A stretch of DNA of 5,021 bases from Octopus sinensis (taxonomy: Eukaryota), in assembly GCF_006345805.1 (NCBI RefSeq), contig NW_021830157.1, positions 1 to 5,021 of the forward strand. Direction: 5' to 3'. A program made the position numbers and the translations under genes. The notes under the pieces were generated by a model. The model made no database searches, was not told the origin of the DNA, and saw nothing but the letters and a program-made list of their open reading frames with translations. Positions within the stretch are counted from its first letter, which is position 1; every line of letters starts with the position of its first letter. Below are positions 1 through 5,021 of the stretch, one piece after another.

Positions 1-187
1 TTATGTTACTGAGAATATTTCATTGCCTATTTTGGTTTGCATGATTCTTGAGGTGAACTCGTACGTTGAAACAGATTTTGTTGTATCTCGGGAGAGTCAT
101 TATGCCTACCCCCCACCCCAGGATACAGCGAAATTTTTGTTACTTCTATCACACATGTATGTATATATCAATGTTATGTATGTATGT

Positions 188-491
188 TTTTTGTTCCTTC
201 TCGAGCCATGCCTGGCTCATAAGGGCCGGTTTCCCGGTTTCCTTGGCGTATAGGTTCCCCACCTGGACGGGAGGCCGGTCCGTCGCAGGTGAGCTGCAAG
301 ACGCAGGAGGAAAGAGTGAGAGAAAGTTGTGGCGAAAGAGTCAGCAGAAGTTTCGCCATTACCTTCTGCCGGAGCCGCGTGGAGCTTAGGTGTTTCGCTC
401 ATAAACACACACATCGCCCGGTCTGGGATTCGAACCCGCGATCCCTCGTCCGCGAGTCTGCTGCTCTAACCACTAGGCCATGTGTCTCCAC
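188..491 (-). mobile_element. tRNA-derived SINE, apparently full length (~304 bp), with a structured body resembling RTE-LINE-derived segments
   Basis: Minus strand reads GTGGAGACACA-TGGCCTAGTGG (A box, 480-470)-TTAGAGC...GGTTCGAATCC (B box, 436-426). A GC/CpG-rich body follows, ending in GAAGGAACAAAAAA. Flanks ATGTATGTATGT (176-187) and ATGTACGTATGT (492-503) match 11/12, consistent with a TSD, although they are low-complexity. The body segments GAAGGTAATGGCGAAAC...CTCTTTCGCC and CCTGCGACGGACCGGCCTCCCGTCCAGG resemble RTE-derived SINE bodies (recalled, not searched). Confidence 0.9.
426..480 (-). promoter_or_regulatory. RNA polymerase III type-2 internal promoter (A and B boxes) of the SINE
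   Basis: A box TGGCCTAGTGG (480-470) fits TRGCNNARYGG. B box GGTTCGAATCC (436-426) is a perfect consensus match. The spacing is tRNA-like. Confidence 0.85.
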
Positions 492-584
492 ATGTACGTA
501 TGTATGTGTAAATGTGTATGCGTGTATATGTGTTTGTTTGCGTGTGTGTGTGTTTGCTCCCGTGTGTGTGTGTGTACCTGTGTG
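492..584. repeat. degenerate (TATG)/(TG)n low-complexity tract
   Basis: Directly visible: tgtatgtgta...gtgtgtgtgtg...gtgtgtgtgtgt. Confidence 0.8.
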
Positions 585-800
585 AATTATCGATCAATAT
601 GTGATCTTATTAACTTTTATTGAACCCTCTTCTTAATCGTTTTGCGCGAACAAAGTCTTTTGTTTTAACTGTAAAATATTTATCCTTAGAAGCACTTGCT
701 CAACCATTTTCTGTTTGCAAATTTTAAATTATGTATTTAAATATATTCATATATATTCATTTCCCCACTTTCGGCCGTATTCGAAGATTTATATACATAA

Positions 801-980
801 GCGTAGGCGTGGCTGTGTGGTAAGAAGCTTGCTTCACAACCACATGGTTCCGGGTTCAGTCCCACTGCGTGACACCTTGAGCAAGTGTCTTCTACCATAG
901 CCTTGGGCCGACCAAAGGTTTGTGAGTGGATTTGGTAGACAGAAACTGAAAGAAGCTCATCGTATATATATATATACATG

Positions 981-1034
<54 letters not shown>

Positions 1035-1231
1035 GGGTGTGTGTGTGTGTGCGTGCATGTCTACGTATGCTTGTCCCACCACCATCGCTTGAATAACCGA
1101 TGTTGATGTGTTTACCGATAGAATAAGAATGAGGCTTACAAAGAATAAGTCCTGGGGGTCGATTTGTTCGACAAAAGGCGGTGCCCTAGCATGGCCGTAG
1201 TCAAGTGACTGAAACAAGTAAAGGAATAAAA
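801..1231 (+). mobile_element. tRNA-derived SINE with a CORE-like domain and internal microsatellite (abundant octopus-type SINE family)
   Basis: Head GCGTAGGCG-TGGCTGTGTGGT (A-box-like, 810-821) and GGTTCAGTCCC (B-box-like, 853-863). CORE-like GACACCTTGAGCAAGTGTCTT at 871-891. (TA)n/(TG)n at 963-1056. The 3' half TTGTCCCACCACCATCGCTTG...GGGGTCGATTTGTTCGAC...GCATGGCCGTAGTCAAGTGACTGAAACAAGTAAAGGAATAAAA ends A-rich. I recognise both halves as one octopus SINE from memory; the exact family name is not assigned. Confidence 0.85.
963..1056. repeat. compound (TA)n + (TG)n microsatellite inside the SINE
   Basis: (TA)n at 963-1033, interrupted by CATGCATAC, followed by (GT)n to about 1056. Confidence 0.95.
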
Positions 1232-1342
1232 CACAAATAGTGTTTTCAATGTTGTTCTTTTCGGTTATTTCCGCCTATCAAAACCTTCTTCTCTTGTATG
1301 GTGTTTATAAACAGCAACTTCCATTCTCTTTGCATTCCACAG

Positions 1343-1444
1343 GTGAATGCTTTAGACGATAATGGACATCTATGTGCATCTTACTGCCAGAAATGCTATG
1401 TGTCCGGAGATTCTGTATATTGCATATGTATCTATTGCAATTAG
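1343..1444 (+). CDS. candidate short terminal coding exon for a Cys-rich peptide, VNALDDNGHLCASYCQKCYVSGDSVYCICIYCN*
   Basis: Preceded by a polypyrimidine tract and CAG (cttccattctctttgcattccacAG|G, AG at 1341-1342). Only the phase-0 frame stays open (33 codons, TAG at 1442-1444); the other two frames stop within 7 codons. Six Cys in the pattern C-x3-C-x2-C-x8-C-x-C-x2-C. No transcript evidence is available, and it could be chance. Confidence 0.3.
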   Translation: MNALDDNGHLCASYCQKCYVSGDSVYCICIYCN

Positions 1445-2003
1445 TGTGTTGATTATATTATTTGCAAGAATCATTTCACATTCTCTGCATTTATATTTAT
1501 GTCCCGAATCCCGTTGTGTATGTGCATGTTTATAAATACATACATACAATCATAGACGCATGCATACATACATAAATACACACACACAGAGATTTATATA
1601 TAGGCACATTCACTCACTGAATCGTTACGGTTAGGACTTATGTCTATGTCCCATCCGTCACGTCAGCGTGGTGCATTTTGAGTATCTTCCAATTATGGCA
1701 GCCATTCTCTGATTCTTTTTTTCTCATAACAACGGTTCATTAATCAGGTGTATACCTTTTCGTGTAAGGGAGAGAAGCAACTATTGAACTGAAAGATAAA
1801 TCTGTTATTTTTGTTGTTTTTTTCATGTAAGTAAAATATATTTCATGCTTCATTTCTTCTACAGCTATATTCATAAAAAAAGTCTGTTTCTGGTCCTTGT
1901 GCAACCAGTATATAGTAACATATTATCACTTCGTTATGTTATCGTTATGTTGCAGTCTTCAGGATACAGGTGGTACATAGATGGGCTGAGAAAAGCCTTT
2001 GGA

Positions 2004-2087
<84 letters not shown>

Positions 2088-2105
2088 AGTCTGTCTGTCT
2101 GTCTG
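2004..2105. repeat. (TATC)21 tetranucleotide microsatellite (GATA/Bkm type) followed by short (TCTG)n
   Basis: Perfect TATC run at 2004-2087, then AG and TCTGTCTGTCTGTCTG. Confidence 0.97.
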
Positions 2106-2292
2106 TGTGTTAGCTTTTCTTTTCTCTCTTACCGTGTGTCTGATTTAGAACGGAAACTATAATTTGAATATAACTCAATAAATTTTACTCTATACTGATG
2201 GGGTACACCGATGTAGAAACAGACTGTTTTTTTTTCATTTTCACTTGCTTCTCTCCCTTAGACGAATAAAAATGTGTACCTAATCAATTATG

Positions 2293-2340
2293 CACGCGCG
2301 CGCACAGACACACACAGGCACTTGCGCACACGCGCACACA
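2293..2340. repeat. degenerate (CA)/(CG) purine-pyrimidine tract
   Basis: gcacgcgcgcgcacagacacacac...gcgcacacgcgcacaca. Confidence 0.7.
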
Positions 2341-2570
2341 TCCTCCTCATCATTTTAACGTTCACTTTTGCAAACTTTCATGGGTCGGACAAACTTTATT
2401 GCGGTAGTCTTTCTACAGTTGGATGTCATTCCTATAGTCAATCCTCACCTGTTGCTAAGCAAGAAAATATTTTTTTCATAGTCAGACAGTTTCCGCAGAA
2501 CATTCGAAATGAATGACACGACTTCATTACGCGATGTCAAGACTAGGAGACACACAAATATATCCATATT

Positions 2571-2623
2571 CACACGTGCACACACGCGTGAGCACACACA
2601 CATACACGCACGCATGCGTGTGC
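2571..2623. repeat. degenerate (CA)/(CG) purine-pyrimidine tract
   Basis: cacacgtgcacacacgcgtgagcacacacacatacacgcacgcatgcgtgtgc. Confidence 0.7.
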
Positions 2624-2734
2624 GGACGATTGCCACTGGGATCTTTTCCCATGTGGGAGAATTGTCACTGGGAACACTGCCACACGGAGCATTGCCCACA
2701 TGTGAATATTGCCACTGGGAACACTGCCCATGTG
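2624..2734. repeat. tandem array of seven 15/17-nt units, consensus GGAnCAYTGCC(ACTG|CATGTG)
   Basis: Units: ggacgattgccactg (2624-2638), ggatcttttcccatgtg (2639-2655), ggagaattgtcactg (2656-2670), ggaacactgccacac (2671-2685), ggagcattgcccacatg (2686-2702), tgaatattgccactg (2703-2717), ggaacactgcccatgtg (2718-2734). Confidence 0.85.
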
Positions 2735-2748
2735 AGAGCATGCAATAA

Positions 2749-2855
2749 ATATATATTGTTGTATATATGTATGTATAATAATATATATATATATATGTAT
2801 ATATATAATGTATATAATATATATGTATATATATATATGTATATATATATATATG

Positions 2856-2922
<67 letters not shown>

Positions 2923-3043
2923 GTATATATTATGTGTGTATAATATATATATATATATATGTATAATATATTATGTATATATATATATATGTATATATAT
3001 GTGTATATATTATATATATATATATATATGTATATATTATATA

Positions 3044-3101
<58 letters not shown>

Positions 3102-3114
3102 TATATATGTAATA

Positions 3115-3148
<34 letters not shown>
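2749..3148. repeat. ~400-bp interrupted (TA)n microsatellite
   Basis: Almost pure alternating T/A, with periodic G substitutions and TT/AA phase breaks. Confidence 0.97.
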
Positions 3149-3149
<1 letters not shown>

Positions 3150-3247
3150 ATGGTGTGTTGAACTTTCTCAGCGTTATTGTCCACTCCTCTAAAAATATTG
3201 CACCAGTCATATTTCACTGAAGTTTTTTTGCATATTTTGAAAATGGT

Positions 3248-3273
3248 TAATTAATTAGTAAACTAATTAATTA
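3248..3273. repeat. perfect AT-rich inverted repeat (12-bp arms, 2-nt spacer)
   Basis: TAATTAATTAGT (3248-3259), AA, ACTAATTAATTA (3262-3273). Confidence 0.85.
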
Positions 3274-3488
3274 CTTAATTATTGTTTCACAATCCTTTCG
3301 TCACAGCCGGGAAATGGATTTAGACTGCGTGCCATGTCTAGCTACATGCCGATATCAGTTGAGCTTTCATCGTTTCACAATGTTGTGTTTGTGTATCACG
3401 ATGTTTGCTAAGTTACTGCCTGACAATACTGTTTGTCTCCTTCTCTTTCTTTGTACTTGATCTGTAGCGGCCTATTAAGCATTGTGTT

Positions 3489-3985
3489 TTAATCTCTGCA
3501 TTTTATGTTCCGTAACCACTTAAGTTTCCATCTTTCGAACTTAAAGAAAAAGAACAAAGTCACCAGGAACTTATACATTTTGACCTTTATTGAAAACTTG
3601 CTTTCCATATGGTGTTCAGCTTTGTCACTCCACCGATGAATCCAAGCTTTAGTTAACTTCATCTCCGTCATTGAGCTGCTTCTTTTCTTATTCAAAGTGG
3701 AGGTAACTAAATATGGTACTAGTTGCTACATTGTCAGTGTGGCGGTTGGTGAAAATCTTAAACTTTTTTAAACTGACTTCCGCTCTGCACGTTCCTGATG
3801 CCATGTCATGCCTAGTAGTGAGTTCTAAGGTGAATTTTGTCTGTGAAATGCAGGTTAGAAAGTAGTCCTCCAATGCCGATGGAGGTGCAAAAGTCATGTA
3901 ATGTCACTGTGTGAATGTTTTCCAGTAAGATTTTGAGAAGAATTGGGGGAGAGGAGATAACCTCGACAAACTCTTAGTATTTTCT
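3489..3985 (-). pseudogene. possible heavily decayed transposase remnant (Mutator/MULE-like C-terminal region), tentative
   Basis: One minus-strand frame reads ...SYWKTFTQ*HYMTFAPPSALEDYFLTCISQTKFTLELTTRHDMASGTCR...YLHFE*. The order FAPP / DYF.T.I / F.LEL...HD loosely recalls the animal MULE motifs AFVPP / DYFExTYI / FPxELWN, but the diagnostic RTNN..E motif is absent. Confidence 0.2.
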
Positions 3986-3990
3986 AGGTT

Positions 3991-4109
<119 letters not shown>

Positions 4110-4186
4110 TTGTGTATTGTCTGTTTTTGATTTTGTCGACTATATGGTAAGGTCAGTTGGACACCGTCTGTGAGAAAAACAGCACC

Positions 4187-4807
4187 ACGACGCAATCATT
4201 CTGCAAGAAATTTGGAAACAACATGCTGCGCTGCTTGGCATTGAACTGGAAGCACCAATATGGACATTTCAGTGTTTGGGTGTCAATCTGGGGACAGTGA
4301 AATCTGAGGACATGTACCGAGAGTGATAGAAACCAAACATCCAATCAACATCATGGTGTTTGGAGTAATCACAAGTGATGGCGACGTTAAGCTTCCATTC
4401 ATCTTCCCACACGGCCTCACACTCAACACGGAGGCTTGCCCGGATGAGGTAGTCCTGCCCTGGGTAAAGGTGAGGCTGCTGGAGACCCTATGTCCGGCAA
4501 CAGGACTCTGCATCATGTCACACAAGCAGGAGAACCCAGTCATGACTGTCAGACAATTCCTGCGGCCACATCACCCCTAATATCAGGTCACCTAACTCCC
4601 CAGATTGCAACCACCTTGATTATTATGTGTGGGGCGCAGTTGAGCGAGAGTCCAACAAAACTCCTTGTAACACCAAAGATGAACTGAAGCCAAGGATTAT
4701 GGCAGTAGCCACCAACTTAAAAAAAGGAGACCGTCCAGAAGAGTTGCAGGAGATTCCGAAGTCGTCTGGAGGCCGTGATTGAAGCCAATGGCGATTTTAT
4801 TGAATAA
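4187..4807 (+). pseudogene. DD37D (maT-type) transposase pseudogene
   Basis: Probable mutated start GCACC-ACG at 4187. Frameshifted N-terminal HTH remnant LQEIWKQHAALLGI../..TNMDIS../CLGVNLGTV (4201-4299). Then VPRVIETKHPINIMVFGVITSDGDVKLPFIFPHGLTLNTEACPDEVVLPWVK, frameshift, PYVRQQD(4504)SASCHTSRRTQS*LSDNSCGHITPNIRSPNSPDCNHLD(4618)YYVWGAVERESNKTPCNTKDELKPRIMAVATNL, frameshift in the A run near 4720-4725, KETVQKSCRRFRSRLEAVIEANGDFIE* (TAA 4805-4807). Exactly 37 codons separate the second and third catalytic Asp. In-frame TGA at 4543-4545. Confidence 0.93.
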
Positions 4808-4890
4808 ATTTACTCTTTAGAATTTCGAGATATCTTTATGTAATTTTGGTAAATTTATCTGTTAAAATAAGACGTCAGTGTTATTTTCAT

Positions 4891-4926
4891 TTTGCGTAAT
4901 TTAGACGACAGTTTATTCACCGCACC

Positions 4927-4929
<3 letters not shown>
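4891..4929 (-). repeat. right terminal inverted repeat region of the maT element
   Basis: TTTGCGTAATTTAGACGACAGTTTATTCACCGCACCCTG followed by TA (4930-4931). Confidence 0.85.
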
Positions 4930-4969
<40 letters not shown>

Positions 4970-4974
4970 ATATA
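4930..4974. repeat. (TA)n microsatellite between two TIRs
   Basis: 45 bp of TA with one TT phase break at 4958-4959. Confidence 0.95.
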
Positions 4975-5012
4975 CAGGGTGCGGTGAATAAACGTCGTCT
5001 AAATTACGCAAA
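4975..5012 (+). mobile_element. second, solo copy of the same transposon end in opposite orientation
   Basis: CAGGGTGCGGTGAATAAAC-GTCGTCTAAATTACGCAAA is the reverse complement of 4891-4929 apart from a 1-nt deletion. It is preceded by TA and followed by TATATATAT to the window end. Confidence 0.88.
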
Positions 5013-5021
5013 TATATATAT

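Larger units (their letters stand above)
4150..4929 (+). mobile_element. non-autonomous, internally deleted Tc1/mariner DNA transposon, DD37D (maT) family; left end not identifiable
   Basis: Contains transposase remnants (next feature), an AT-rich 3' UTR (4808-4890) and a terminus ...TTTATTCACCGCACCCTG|TA. The reverse complement is TA|CAGGGTG..., a typical Tc1/mariner TIR start with a TA target. No matching left TIR is seen upstream in the window, so the start coordinate is approximate. Confidence 0.9.

Noticed and set aside
390-410. Minimal hammerhead-like motif (minus strand TTTATGAGCGAAAC)
   Set aside because: It lacks the CUGANGA core and is better explained as a variant of the common SINE post-tRNA motif (TTGAGCAAGACAC-like).
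415-491. tRNA gene on the minus strand
   Set aside because: A and B boxes are present, but the acceptor and anticodon stems do not pair and the sequence continues into a SINE body; it is a tRNA-derived head.
66-585. ORFs 66-389, 174-359, 217-414 and 289-585
   Set aside because: They lie over the GC-rich SINE and TG repeats and show no recognisable protein features.
1845-2162. 105-aa ORF with YLSI repeats, plus a nearby GTAAGT donor (1827) and acceptor-like TTCTACAG (1864)
   Set aside because: The ORF is extended by (TATC)n. Donor and acceptor are only 38 nt apart, and the putative exon has no recognisable product.
2226-2270. Polypyrimidine tract + TAG acceptor (2260-2261) followed by AATAAA (2265-2270)
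   Set aside because: Such motifs are frequent in AT-rich DNA and no coherent exon follows. They cannot be supported without transcript data.
2624-2734. CRISPR-like array
   Set aside because: The units are directly adjacent with no unique spacers, are too short, and the context is eukaryotic with no cas genes.
2513-3161. 199-aa ORF and the overlapping Y/I-rich ORFs
   Set aside because: These are translations of the TA microsatellite and the 15/17-nt array; the lack of stops is compositional.
4323-4687. ORFs 4323-4580 and 4490-4687 as functional genes
   Set aside because: They are frameshifted pieces or off-frame readings of the dead transposase.
4891-5012. A 122-bp MITE
   Set aside because: The TIR outer ends (TA|CAGGGTG) point toward the central TA run rather than outward, so the unit is not bounded as a transposable MITE.

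Overview
Eukaryotic, AT-rich, repeat-dense intronic/intergenic DNA. The SINE sequences and the very high TA/CA/TATC microsatellite density look like an octopus (cephalopod) genome; this is recognition from memory, not a database result. No prokaryotic genes, CRISPR array or intact long CDS are present. Well supported: (1) a minus-strand tRNA-derived SINE at about 188-491 with intact Pol III A/B boxes and a probable target-site duplication; (2) a plus-strand tRNA-derived, CORE-like SINE at about 801-1231 with an internal TA/TG microsatellite; (3) several microsatellites; (4) a 7-unit 15/17-nt tandem array at 2624-2734; (5) an internally deleted, decayed Tc1/mariner element of the DD37D (maT) class at about 4150-4929. 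Its right TIR is mirrored by a second solo TIR across a TA run, giving a 122-bp near-palindrome. The most interesting unproven signals are a candidate short terminal exon (1343-1444) encoding a 6-Cys peptide with mytilin/myticin-like CxxxC...CxCxxC spacing, which may join a signal-peptide-like segment at 3-52, and a perfect H-type pseudoknot inside the first SINE.
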